DNA of 40,000 bases from Polyangiales bacterium (GTDB taxonomy: Bacteria > Myxococcota_A > Polyangia > Polyangiales > Sandaracinaceae): assembly GCA_038252025.1 (NCBI GenBank), contig JBBSAT010000021.1, forward strand, positions 6,716 to 46,715, given 5' to 3'. Each line of letters opens with the position of its first letter. Position 1 is the stretch's first letter. The notes beneath the pieces were generated by a model, which was given only the letters and a program-made list of their open reading frames with translations, searched no databases and had not been told where the DNA came from. Position numbers and translations under genes: made by a program. Of the stretch, positions 9,032 to 17,989 are shown in pieces.

Positions 9032-10666
9032 ATGGAGCACGCGGAGAAGAACGCGCCCGCGGCGCCTCCCGCGTTGCTGCGACCCCTCGCGGGCTCGAGC
9101 GCGGGGTCGGGAGCGCTGCCCGCGGAGTCCGAGCGAGCCGCCGTGCGCCGCCTCGGCTTCGTCGCCGCGGCGTCCACGGCGATAGGTCTCGTCGGCGTTC
9201 CCATGTCCCTCTTGCGACAGGCCAACCTCGGCGTCCGCGCGGGCACCGAGCGGCCGCTGGCCGTCTTGCCCATCGGCATCGCGCTCTCCGTCGCACTGCT
9301 CCTCGCGACGCGGTCGTCCCGGCTCTCGCCCAAGCGCGTGCTCGACCTGGGGCTCGTCTATCTGGTGGCGATGTGCGGCCTCGCGAGCGTCTTCATCCAC
9401 GCGCTCCCGTACGCGGCGTCCGACGTCGTGCGCGGCGTCTCCCCCATCGTGCCCGCCGTCGTCTTCTTCGCGATCGTCGTGTCGGTGCAGCCGAGGAAGA
9501 TGGCGATCGCGGCCGCCGCGAGCGTGCTCGCGGACGTGGGCGGGCTGCTCTTCGCGATCTGGCGCGGCGCGCCGGTGCCGCCCTGGAACCTCTGGCTCTG
9601 GCTCTTCACGCCGGACCTCGTGGCCGTACCGATCGCGCTCGCTTCTTCGCGCATGCTGTTCACGATCGGCGAGAAGCTGCGCGAGCTACGCGAGCTCGGG
9701 AGCTATCGGCTGGTCGAGCGCTTGGGGGCGGGCGGCATGGGCGAGGTCTGGCGGGCCGAGCACCGCACGCTTCGACGGCCGGCAGCCGTGAAGCTCGTGA
9801 AGCCCGAGATGCTCGGCGGCACCGATCCGGAGTCGCGTGCGCGGGTCCTGGCGCGCTTCGAGCTCGAGGCGCGGGCGACGGCGAGCCTCACCTCGCCCCA
9901 CACGATCGAGGTCTACGACTACGGCGTCGCGAGCGACGGCTCGCTCTACTACGTGATGGAGCTCGTGCGCGGGCTCGATCTCGAGAGCCTGGCGCGCGCG
10001 CAGGGCGAGCTCCCGCCCGCCCGGGTCGTTCACTTCCTGAGGCAGCTCTGCCTCTCGCTGCGCGATGCGCACGCCGCCGGGCTGGTGCATCGCGACGTGA
10101 AGCCGGCGAACGTGATCGCCTGCTCGCGCGGAGGCGAGCGCGACTTCGTGAAGCTGCTCGACTTCGGGCTCGTCGCGCGGACCGATCGCAGCGTCCTGGA
10201 AGGCGAGGGACCGCTCACGCTCCCGGGCGGTCTCGCCGGCACGCCGGGATACATCGCGCCGGAGGTGATGGGCGGCGATGAGGTCGACGGACGCGCCGAC
10301 CTCTACGCGGTCGGCTGCGTGGCGTACAAGCTGCTCACCGGACGGCTCGTGTTCGAGCGTCAGAACCACTACGGCCTGATCCTCGCGCACATGCAGGACG
10401 CGCCGGAGCCGGTGCGCGCGCACGCGCCGGGGACGCCGGCCGAGCTCGACGCGATCGTCCTTCGCCTGCTCGCGAAGCCTCCGGACGATCGGTTCCGCGA
10501 CGCCGACGCGGTCATCGTGGCGCTCGACGCGCTCGGGCTGCGCTGGACGGAGGACGACGCCAAGCGCGCGTGGGAGTCGCTCGGACGCGTCGAGAGGGCC
10601 GAAGAGGCCTTCGCGCCGACGCTGGTCGCGGAGCCGGCCGGCGCTCCCGGCGCAGCGATCCGTTAG
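9032..10666 (+). CDS. Hanks-type Ser/Thr protein kinase with an N-terminal multi-TM domain
   Basis: Trimmed to ATG 9032. Motifs are GAGGMGEVW, AVK, HRDVKPANV, DFGL and GTPGYIAPE. Several hydrophobic helices precede the kinase domain. Confidence 0.9.
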   Translation: MEHAEKNAPAAPPALLRPLAGSSAGSGALPAESERAAVRRLGFVAAASTAIGLVGVPMSLLRQANLGVRAGTERPLAVLPIGIALSVALLLATRSSRLSPKRVLDLGLVYLVAMCGLASVFIHALPYAASDVVRGVSPIVPAVVFFAIVVSVQPRKMAIAAAASVLADVGGLLFAIWRGAPVPPWNLWLWLFTPDLVAVPIALASSRMLFTIGEKLRELRELGSYRLVERLGAGGMGEVWRAEHRTLRRPAAVKLVKPEMLGGTDPESRARVLARFELEARATASLTSPHTIEVYDYGVASDGSLYYVMELVRGLDLESLARAQGELPPARVVHFLRQLCLSLRDAHAAGLVHRDVKPANVIACSRGGERDFVKLLDFGLVARTDRSVLEGEGPLTLPGGLAGTPGYIAPEVMGGDEVDGRADLYAVGCVAYKLLTGRLVFERQNHYGLILAHMQDAPEPVRAHAPGTPAELDAIVLRLLAKPPDDRFRDADAVIVALDALGLRWTEDDAKRAWESLGRVERAEEAFAPTLVAEPAGAPGAAIR

Positions 10667-11418
10667 CGGATCACGCGCGTCATCTCTCGCTGCAGATCGG
10701 TGCGCATCGAGTCGACGATCCAGTGAGGTGCGTCGTGCTCGTGGAGCTCGGCGCGGACCCCGAGACCTTGGAGCCGGACGATCGTCTCGCGGTCCACGTG
10801 GATCGGAATGATCGGGTCGGCGGTCCCGTGGAGCGCGATGATCGGAGGCGTGTTGGGAACGTCGAAGCGCTCCCACGCCAGCGCTTCCTCGACCAGGCCC
10901 GACGAGACCGGGAAGATCGCGCGGAAGCGCGTCGGATGGCGGAGCGCGAGCGTGTACGCGAGGTTTCCACCCTGGGAGAACCCCATCGCGATCGGCAGTC
11001 CGCGCGTCGGGTGCGCCGCCGTGATCGCGTCGACGGTCGCGATCACGCGATCGGAGACCGCGTCGAGATCCTCGGCGACGTGCACCCAGGTGTCGGGACG
11101 GCGAAAGGTGAACCAGGCATCACCGTCCCCTTCGGCGATCGGAGCGCGAAGCAGGGCGACCCGCGCGGGGACTTCGAACCCCTCGAAGGCCCGTGCGAAG
11201 CCCTCGGCATGATCGCCGCGCCCGTGCATCGCGATGATCAGCGGCAGCTCGTCCCCCGAGTGCGCTCCCCCGGTCAGCAGCTCGACCCACGCGAGCGGAA
11301 CCGGCGCTGGCGGGGTCGCCGACGGCGGAGCCGACCCGCAGGACGCCGAGAGGAGGACGAACGCGATCGCCGTGGTCACGGCCGCCCGGCGATTCGATTC
11401 GACGACGCTACGGCTCAT
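10663..11418 (-). CDS. alpha/beta hydrolase (phospholipase/carboxylesterase family) lipoprotein
   Basis: It has a GFSQGG nucleophile elbow, an HGTADPIIP block and the lipobox LLSASCG. The ATG is at 11418; an alternative GTG at 11433 overlaps the upstream stop as GTGA. Confidence 0.8.
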   Translation of the reverse strand: MSRSVVESNRRAAVTTAIAFVLLSASCGSAPPSATPPAPVPLAWVELLTGGAHSGDELPLIIAMHGRGDHAEGFARAFEGFEVPARVALLRAPIAEGDGDAWFTFRRPDTWVHVAEDLDAVSDRVIATVDAITAAHPTRGLPIAMGFSQGGNLAYTLALRHPTRFRAIFPVSSGLVEEALAWERFDVPNTPPIIALHGTADPIIPIHVDRETIVRLQGLGVRAELHEHDAPHWIVDSMRTDLQREMTRVIR

Positions 11419-11429
11419 GGCCGGAGGCC

Positions 11430-11927
11430 TCACTCAGGGTGCGTGCGAAGCCAGTACCGATCGAGCGCGAGGTCGTCGACGATGCGCGAGTGGTAGTGGC
11501 CCCAGATGTTCGAGATCATGACGCACGGGCCCTTCGCGAGGCGCTTCGTCGCGTAGATCGCGTAGTAGTCGGCGCCGCTGTCGTCATCGACGGGGCCGAG
11601 CTTGTCGAGCGGCTTCTTGCTGACCGGGCAGAAGAGCTTGCACTTCGAGCCGACGGGAATGTCGGTGAAGCCTTCCTTCCGCGTGTCGCCGTGCACGGGC
11701 GAGAGATAGACGAAGCCCGCCTTCCCGTCGGGTCGCTCGACCCAGAGGGTGATCGCCGGATTGCCGTCGAACGTCTTGTCGGTGAGGCCGACGAGGCTCT
11801 CGCCGGTCGGACCGAACGCCTGCGTCACGATGATCGAGACGCCACCCGGGACGGGCATGAGGCTGTCGCGCGGCTCGAGATCGGCCGGCGTCTCTTTGTT
11901 CTCACTGCTCGCCTTGCGTCGGACCAT
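11430..11927 (-). CDS. hypothetical cytoplasmic protein
   Basis: Trimmed to ATG 11927. Composition is protein-like (ITLWVERPDGKAGFVYLSPVHGD, YYAIYATKRLAKGPCVMISNIWGHYHSR). I recognise no motif. Confidence 0.55.
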   Translation of the reverse strand: MVRRKASSENKETPADLEPRDSLMPVPGGVSIIVTQAFGPTGESLVGLTDKTFDGNPAITLWVERPDGKAGFVYLSPVHGDTRKEGFTDIPVGSKCKLFCPVSKKPLDKLGPVDDDSGADYYAIYATKRLAKGPCVMISNIWGHYHSRIVDDLALDRYWLRTHPE

Positions 11928-12091
11928 GAAGCCTCGCTCTCTCGCACGGGCATAACACGTTCGGGCAAAGAGCACGCGTCCCCCGAACGCGGGCCGCTTC
12001 GGACGTGATCGACCCGACCTGGAAACGTGTGATCATGCGCCGACCACGCGCTGACCAGGTGCGGGCCCAACCACCGCCTCGAGGGGACACC

Positions 12092-13186
12092 ATGCATCGC
12101 TTTCACACGTCGCTCGCTGCTCTCGTCATCACCCTGAGCCTCACGCTCGTGGGCTGCCCTTCGTCGACGACCGCGCCGTCGACGGTCCCGATCGAAGACC
12201 TCGGTGGCCGCTACGCCACGACGTTCTGCGGTCTCCTGACCGACTGCTACGGCGAGGTGGTCCGGGACGCGCTCCTCGGCATCTCCAGCGAAGCGGACTG
12301 CATCGCGCTGTTCGAGCGCCAGTACATGGAGCAGGCGCTCCCTCGCTATCAGCAGGCGATCGCCGAAGGAACGATGAGCTACGACGGCACGCAGGCGCAG
12401 GCCTGCCTCGATGCGACCACGGCGCAGGGCTGCGCCGCGATCAACAGCCGAGGCACCTCGGCGTGCGACGGGCTCTTGATCGGTGAGGTCGCGCCGGGCG
12501 GCGTGTGCAGCATCAACGAGCAGTGCGCGGGCGATGCGTACTGCATGAACACGACGGTGTGCCCGGGCACGTGTCAGCCGCGCGGCTCGGTCGGCGCCAC
12601 GTGCACGTCGGACGACGCCTGTCAGGGCGGCATGAAGTGCACGGGCGGAAGCTGCACCGTTCCCGCTGCCGAGGGAGCGCCGTGCGGTGGAGCGACCAAC
12701 ATCGAGTGCGGTGGTGGCCTCATCTGCGCAGGCGCGTCGGCCACCGCAGCGGGGAACTGCCGGACGCCTGAGACCGTCCAGAACGGCGCGCTCCACGGCG
12801 CGTGCAACGTGCAGATGACGCAGCTCTGCGAGCCGGGCCTGTCGTGCGTGGTCGCCGGCCTGACGAGCATGAGCTGCGAGACGGGTGGTCTCGCGCTCGA
12901 CGCCGCCTGCCACGTGGCGGTTCCGGACGCGTGCGCGAGCGGCACCTTCTGCAGCGGAACCGACGTGACGATGGGCGACCTCGACGGCACGTGTGCGCCG
13001 CTGCCGAGCGCGGGGATGAACTGCGCGACGGTGCTCTTCGGGCCGCGCTGCGGCTCCGGGCTGCGCTGCGACACCGGCACCTGCCGTGGGACGAGCACGA
13101 CGGGCGGCGCCTGCGCGACGAGCGCCGACTGCTACAGCGGCACCTGCACCGGCGGCGCATGCGCGGCCGCGATGCTCTGCGAGTGA
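12092..13186 (+). CDS. Cys-rich repeat lipoprotein
   Basis: Trimmed to ATG 12092. It has the lipobox LSLTLVGC and repeated CxxDxxCxxGxxCxxGxC-type modules (CTSDDACQGGMKCTGGSCT, CATSADCYSGTCTGGACA). Confidence 0.7.
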   Translation: MHRFHTSLAALVITLSLTLVGCPSSTTAPSTVPIEDLGGRYATTFCGLLTDCYGEVVRDALLGISSEADCIALFERQYMEQALPRYQQAIAEGTMSYDGTQAQACLDATTAQGCAAINSRGTSACDGLLIGEVAPGGVCSINEQCAGDAYCMNTTVCPGTCQPRGSVGATCTSDDACQGGMKCTGGSCTVPAAEGAPCGGATNIECGGGLICAGASATAAGNCRTPETVQNGALHGACNVQMTQLCEPGLSCVVAGLTSMSCETGGLALDAACHVAVPDACASGTFCSGTDVTMGDLDGTCAPLPSAGMNCATVLFGPRCGSGLRCDTGTCRGTSTTGGACATSADCYSGTCTGGACAAAMLCE

Positions 13187-13200
13187 ACCGAGGGCTCATC

Positions 13201-13848
13201 TTGGCAAGCGGACGTTCCTCGATCCTCGCCCTCGCCGCCGTGGCCTGTCTCGGCTGCGAGACGGCGGCGGTGCCCGCGAGGAGCGGACCGCCTGCGCCGG
13301 CGGCGCCGACCGCGGTGGCGCCGGCGCCGCCGACGCCCGCGCCCACCGCGCCCTCACACGAGACGGCGGTCGACTTCATGGAGCCGAGCCCGGGAGCGCT
13401 TCCGCCGGTGGGAACGGTCGAGCTCGTTCCGTTCGAGCGCGCGGCGTACACGGGCGCGTGCCCCGCGAGCCTCGGCACCGCGCAGATGGCCACGGCGCCC
13501 AACGACTGGAGCTGCCTCTCGTTCGTCGACGGCGTGATGCACATGTGCGTCGGCACCGAGGAGGCGGTGGCCGACGGCGGCGACCTCACGACCTACGTGC
13601 GAACCGCGATCGAGGGGATGGGCCCAGCCGGCATCGTCATGGTCGAGCGGCGCGACGTCGTCCTCGCCGGCGCTCCGGCAGTGCGTCTCGTCTACGACAA
13701 CCCGGGCACACCCGGCCGCTTCGTGAGCTACCTCTTCGCGCGGGACGGCCACGGCTACACGGCGACCTGCACCGCAGCGCCCGCGGACACGTTCGACGCG
13801 ATGCTGCCGGCCTACGAAGCAGCGCTTCAGGCGATCCGACTTCGCTGA
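13201..13848 (+). CDS. lipoprotein, function unknown
   Basis: There is no ATG. TTG 13201 gives (M)ASGRSSILALAAVACLGC with a lipobox. A Pro/Ala-rich linker and a globular C-terminal part follow. Confidence 0.5.
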   Translation: MASGRSSILALAAVACLGCETAAVPARSGPPAPAAPTAVAPAPPTPAPTAPSHETAVDFMEPSPGALPPVGTVELVPFERAAYTGACPASLGTAQMATAPNDWSCLSFVDGVMHMCVGTEEAVADGGDLTTYVRTAIEGMGPAGIVMVERRDVVLAGAPAVRLVYDNPGTPGRFVSYLFARDGHGYTATCTAAPADTFDAMLPAYEAALQAIRLR

Positions 13849-13857
13849 GGTGCGCGC

Positions 13858-14943
13858 GTGAGGAGGCTGCGAAGGGCGATGGGCTCGGGGGCGATGCGCG
13901 CCGCGCTCACGTGCGTGCTGATGATCGGCTGCGGCGGCGCGAGCGCGAGCGGTGCCGGGCCCAGCAGCGCTGCGGCGAACGAGCCGCCCCGCTGGGCTCT
14001 CCTGACGAGCCCCACGACCGAGAGCCTGCGCGGGCTCTCCGCCGTCTCGGCCGACGTGATCTGGGCGAGCGGCGCGCACGGCACCGTCGTCCGGAGCACG
14101 GACGGCGGCGACTCGTGGAGCGTCACGGTCGTGCCTGGCGCCGAAGCGCTCGACTTCCGAGACCTCCACGCCCTGGACGACGCGCGCGCAGTGGTCCTCT
14201 CGGCCGGCGCACCCGCGCGAGCGTTCCGAACCGGGGACGGCGGCGTGAGCTGGACCGAGACGTACACGCGCGACGTCGCCGGCATCTTCTTCGACTCGCT
14301 CGCGTTCTGGGACGAGCGCGAAGGCCTCGCGATGGGCGACCCGCTCGAGAGCGAGGACGGCGCGCGCTTCGCCGTGATCGCCACGCACGATGGCGGGCTG
14401 AGCTGGGAAGAGCGCGTCGGGCCGCTCGCGCGAGAAGGCGAGGCGGCGTTCGCAGCCAGCAACGGATGCATCGCCCTTCCCGAGCCAGGGCTCGCCTTCT
14501 TCGCGACGGGCGGCTCGGTCGCGCGGGTCTTTCGCTCGACGGATTTCGGCGCGACGTGGACGAGCGCCGAGGCGCCGATGACCCACGGGCTCGGGTCGGC
14601 CGGCATCTTCTCGATCGCGTTCCGTGACGCTCGCGTCGGCTACGTCGTCGGCGGCGACTACGCGGCGCCGAACACGCCCGGGAGCTTCGCGCGCACCGAG
14701 GACGGTGGGCGCAGCTGGCGAGCGGGCAGTGCTCTCCGTGGCTTTCGCTCCGCGATCGCGGTCGCGCAGCGTGCGCTCCTGGTGGTCGGCACGTCGGGCG
14801 CCGAGCTCTCTCGCGACGAGGGCGCGAGCTGGGAGCCGATCGGAGACGAGCCCCTCAACGCCATCGCGATCGTCGGGACGACGGCATTCGCCGTCGGGCC
14901 AGGCGGAGTGATCGCGCGCCTCACCCTGGGACCGAGACTGTGA
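13858..14943 (+). CDS. BNR/Asp-box repeat beta-propeller (Ycf48/sialidase-like) lipoprotein
   Basis: It has six SxDxGxxW boxes (STDGGDSW, TGDGGVSW, THDGGLSW, STDFGATW, TEDGGRSW, SRDEGASW) and the lipobox CVLMIGC. The start may instead be ATG 13879 or 13894. Confidence 0.8.
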   Translation: MRRLRRAMGSGAMRAALTCVLMIGCGGASASGAGPSSAAANEPPRWALLTSPTTESLRGLSAVSADVIWASGAHGTVVRSTDGGDSWSVTVVPGAEALDFRDLHALDDARAVVLSAGAPARAFRTGDGGVSWTETYTRDVAGIFFDSLAFWDEREGLAMGDPLESEDGARFAVIATHDGGLSWEERVGPLAREGEAAFAASNGCIALPEPGLAFFATGGSVARVFRSTDFGATWTSAEAPMTHGLGSAGIFSIAFRDARVGYVVGGDYAAPNTPGSFARTEDGGRSWRAGSALRGFRSAIAVAQRALLVVGTSGAELSRDEGASWEPIGDEPLNAIAIVGTTAFAVGPGGVIARLTLGPRL

Positions 14944-15341
14944 CGCGAGCGTCGTGCGCCTGTCTCGCTGCGGTGATGCTGGCCGGATGCGGGGGTGAGC
15001 CCGCTCCCGTCGCGCCGCCTGCGCCCATCGACCCGCCCGATCTCGTGAGCCCGGAAGAGCGAGCGCATCGTGACGCCGAGCTGGGCGAGTGGCTCCAGGT
15101 CGATGCGCAGATCGGGACGTGTTACGAGGCGCGCGTGGCGGCGGGCGTGGTCACCGGCGTCGTCGCGGTGCGGTTCACGATCCAGCCCGACGGGCATGCC
15201 GCGAACGTCGTGATCGCGCAGGCCGAGCCCCACGATGAAGCCGCCGAGGCCTGCGTCGTGCGCGCGGTCGAGGCCATGCCGTTCACGCCGAGCGAAGTCC
15301 CCGTCGAGCGCACGATCGAGCGGCGCTTCGACGGACCGTGA
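14940..15341 (+). CDS. AgmX/PglI C-terminal (TonB-C-like) domain lipoprotein
   Basis: The GTG start overlaps the upstream stop (GTGA). It has the lipobox AAVMLAGC, then TCYEARV...VRFTIQPDG...ACVVRAVEAMPF. It is a paralog in type of 3812-4222. Confidence 0.6.
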   Translation: MTRASCACLAAVMLAGCGGEPAPVAPPAPIDPPDLVSPEERAHRDAELGEWLQVDAQIGTCYEARVAAGVVTGVVAVRFTIQPDGHAANVVIAQAEPHDEAAEACVVRAVEAMPFTPSEVPVERTIERRFDGP

Positions 15342-15386
15342 GCGAAGTCCTGCGACGCAGGACCTGACGAGCGCGAGACGGGTGTT

Positions 15387-15402
15387 CGGCACGGCCCTTG
15401 TA
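15387..15402 (+). promoter_or_regulatory. candidate sigma-54 (-24/-12) promoter
   Basis: CGGCACG-GCCC-TTGTA has a perfect GGCACG at -24 and correct spacing. The -12 element is TTGT rather than TTGC. It lies 53 nt upstream of peroxiredoxin ATG 15455. Confidence 0.3.
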
Positions 15403-15454
15403 CGGCATCCTGGCGCCACATCGACAAGACCCCTTCGACACGGAGATCGATCCC

Positions 15455-16093
15455 ATGAGCCTTCATCTCGGCAGCACCGCACCGGACTTCACGCAGGACT
15501 CGACGGAAGGGCCGATCCACTTCCACGAGTGGGCGGGCTCGTCCTGGGTCATCCTGTTCTCACATCCCGCGGACTACACGCCGGTCTGCACGACGGAGCT
15601 CGGCGCCGTCGCGAAGCTCGGGCCCGAGTTCGAGCGCCGCAACACGCGGCCGATCGCGCTCTCGGTCGATTCCCTCGAGTCGCACCTCGGCTGGGTGAAG
15701 GACATCGAGGAGACGCAGAGCGTGAAGCTCAACTACCCGATCCTCGCCGACGTGGATCAGAAGGTCGCCAAGCTCTACGACATGATGCACCCGGAGACCG
15801 ACGCGAAGGTCACCGTGCGGAGCGTCTACTTCATCGATCCGAAGAAGAAGATCCGCGCGGTGATGACCTACCCGCCGAGCGCAGGGCGGAACTTCGGTGA
15901 GATCCTCCGCCTCCTCGACTCGTTGCAGCTCACCGATCAGTTCTCGGTGGCGACCCCGGCCAACTGGCGGGACGGCGAGAAGGTCGTGATCGTGCCGTCG
16001 CTCAAGGATCCGGAGGTCCTCAAGCAGAAGTTCCCGAAGGGTTGGGAAGAGGTGCGCCCGTACCTGCGCCTGACCCCGCAGCCGAACCGCTGA
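15455..16093 (+). CDS. 1-Cys peroxiredoxin (Prx6-type)
   Basis: Trimmed to ATG 15455. The N-terminus is MSLHLGSTAPDF, with the active-site block FSHPADYTPVCTTEL and WVKDI. Confidence 0.9.
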   Translation: MSLHLGSTAPDFTQDSTEGPIHFHEWAGSSWVILFSHPADYTPVCTTELGAVAKLGPEFERRNTRPIALSVDSLESHLGWVKDIEETQSVKLNYPILADVDQKVAKLYDMMHPETDAKVTVRSVYFIDPKKKIRAVMTYPPSAGRNFGEILRLLDSLQLTDQFSVATPANWRDGEKVVIVPSLKDPEVLKQKFPKGWEEVRPYLRLTPQPNR

Positions 16094-16134
16094 GAGCGCT
16101 ACGCTCGGGCGGAGAGGAGGCTACGCTCCGCCCG

Positions 16135-17145
16135 ATGCGCTCCCGGATCTTCCCGGCTCGAGAGATGAGCGCGTGGCTCTTCGCCATCGCGCTCGCCTCG
16201 TGCTCGGGCGGTCCTCCCGCGCCGTCGACCGAGCCGTCCTCTCCGCTCCACGCGCCGCGCGCCGAGCCCGTCTCGACGCCGCTCGCCGAGGCCGCGCCGC
16301 TGCCGCCGTCGACCTACCCGGCGCCGGCGCGTCTCGTCGCCATCGGTGACGTGCACGGAGATATGGATGCGTTTCGGAGCGTGCTGCGGCTCGCCGGGGC
16401 GATCGATGCCGACGATCGGTGGAGCGGAGGCGCGCTCTTCGTCGTGCAGACGGGCGATCTCCTCGATCGCGGCGACGACGAGGACGAGATCCTCGCGCTC
16501 GTGCTGCGCCTCGAACGGGAAGCGAGCGCGGCCGGCGGCCACTTCGTCGCGCTCAACGGCAACCACGAGATCATGAACGCCCAGGGCGACTTCCGGTACG
16601 TGACGCCCGGCGGCTTCGAGGACTTCGCCTCGTTCGCTCACGGCGCGGAGAGGGCGTCCCACCACGATCTCCCACCCCAGGCGCGCGGTCGGATGATCGC
16701 GTTCGAGCCCGGCGGCCGCTACGCGCGCGAGCTCGCTGCGCGCAACACGGTCGCCATCGTGGGAGACACGGTGTTCGTTCACGGAGGGCTCGTGGCCCGC
16801 CAGCTCGACGGCGGGGTCGACGCGATCAACCGCGCCGTGCGTGCGTTCTTTCTCGCGGAGGCCCCGCTCCCTCGCGCGCTCGAGGCCGAGGACAGTCCCG
16901 TCTGGTACCGCGGCTTCGCGCTCGAGGACGACGAGGTGATCTGTGCGGCGCTCGAGACGGCGCTCGCGCGCGCGTCGGTACACCGCATGGTCGTCGGCCA
17001 TACGGTGCAGCAACAGGGGATCAACGCGGCGTGCGACGAGCACGTGTGGCGGATCGACGTCGGCCTCGCGCGCCTCTACGACGGTCCGATCGAGGCGCTG
17101 GAGATCACGCAAGACACGGTCCGCGTGCTGCACGGGGCGAGGTAG
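16135..17145 (+). CDS. calcineurin-like metallophosphoesterase, probable lipoprotein
   Basis: It has the motifs AIGDVHGD, GDLLDRG, GNHE and VGH, plus a lipobox-like IALASCSGG. An alternative start lies at 16165. Confidence 0.85.
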   Translation: MRSRIFPAREMSAWLFAIALASCSGGPPAPSTEPSSPLHAPRAEPVSTPLAEAAPLPPSTYPAPARLVAIGDVHGDMDAFRSVLRLAGAIDADDRWSGGALFVVQTGDLLDRGDDEDEILALVLRLEREASAAGGHFVALNGNHEIMNAQGDFRYVTPGGFEDFASFAHGAERASHHDLPPQARGRMIAFEPGGRYARELAARNTVAIVGDTVFVHGGLVARQLDGGVDAINRAVRAFFLAEAPLPRALEAEDSPVWYRGFALEDDEVICAALETALARASVHRMVVGHTVQQQGINAACDEHVWRIDVGLARLYDGPIEALEITQDTVRVLHGAR

Positions 17146-17330
17146 AGAGCGCCAGCGCGCGCCCCTGCTCGGTGAGCGTGAGCGCTCGCACGAGGCACAG
17201 TTCCCCGACGCTCGCGGCCGGCACCCAGGCCGCCGAGCGGCACGCCGAGTGCTCCACCTCTGCTCGTCCGAGGCAGACCTCGCGCTCGCGATGAGCACGC
17301 CGGTCGTGACCCCGAGGACGGAGGCGCCCG

Positions 17331-17828
17331 ATGCTCGATGCGATCGTTGGATATCTTCGAGATGGGCTCGTGCCCTTTCGACTCACGAGCCGACCGAGCG
17401 CAGAGGCGCTCCCGCGCTCGGCGTTTCGCGTGCCGGAGGGCGGCATCATCGTCGACACGACGATGGTCGTCGTGGGCGGCGCCCCGGTGATCGCGTGCCA
17501 CGAGAAGGGGGGACGCGTAGATCCGGCGGCGCTCGGCAACCTGCTGGGCGGCGTGGTCCTCCGGAGCGGGGCGACCGACCTTCCGGACGATCTGCGCGGA
17601 GAGCGGGGGCCCATCCCTCCCTTCGGCAAGCTCTTCGGGCTTCCCCTCGTGGTCGACACGCGCGTGAGCGAGGCGAGCATCCTGCTCATCCATGCGTTCG
17701 GGGAGAACGACGTGCTCGAGATCGCGTACGAGGACTTCGCGCGCCTCGAGCAGCCGCGCGTGGGTAAATTCGCGTTCGCCGGAGAGCTCGCAGCACCTGC
17801 GGCGGGCGCAGCGCATCCGAGCCGTTAG
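17331..17828 (+). CDS. YbaK/aminoacyl-tRNA deacylase-like domain protein
   Basis: This 165-aa protein shows a YbaK/EbsC-type pattern (GPIPPFGKLFGLPLVVDTRV, ILLIHAFGENDVLEIAYEDFARL). The assignment is by eye only. Confidence 0.5.
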   Translation: MLDAIVGYLRDGLVPFRLTSRPSAEALPRSAFRVPEGGIIVDTTMVVVGGAPVIACHEKGGRVDPAALGNLLGGVVLRSGATDLPDDLRGERGPIPPFGKLFGLPLVVDTRVSEASILLIHAFGENDVLEIAYEDFARLEQPRVGKFAFAGELAAPAAGAAHPSR

Positions 17829-17989
17829 CCGGTGCGGCAGTCTGCCCGCCAAGGAAACGACAGCCCGGGTCGTACTTTTGAACCGATGTACTAGATCGCG
17901 AGGGCAAGCCCGCCTATCGTCGGGCACACGTCGAGAGGCGATCCCGAGCTGTTGGGGCCTGGGTCTGCCGGAAGGAGACGTGGCCCCCA

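Noticed and set aside
17890-17901. 12-mer ACTAGATCGCGA shared between the intergenic regions upstream of the bEBP operon (3621-3632) and the hybrid kinase (17890-17901).
   Set aside because: A single shared 12-mer in 40 kb is within chance expectation and the flanks do not align. It could only be rescued by genome-wide motif enrichment, which I cannot compute.
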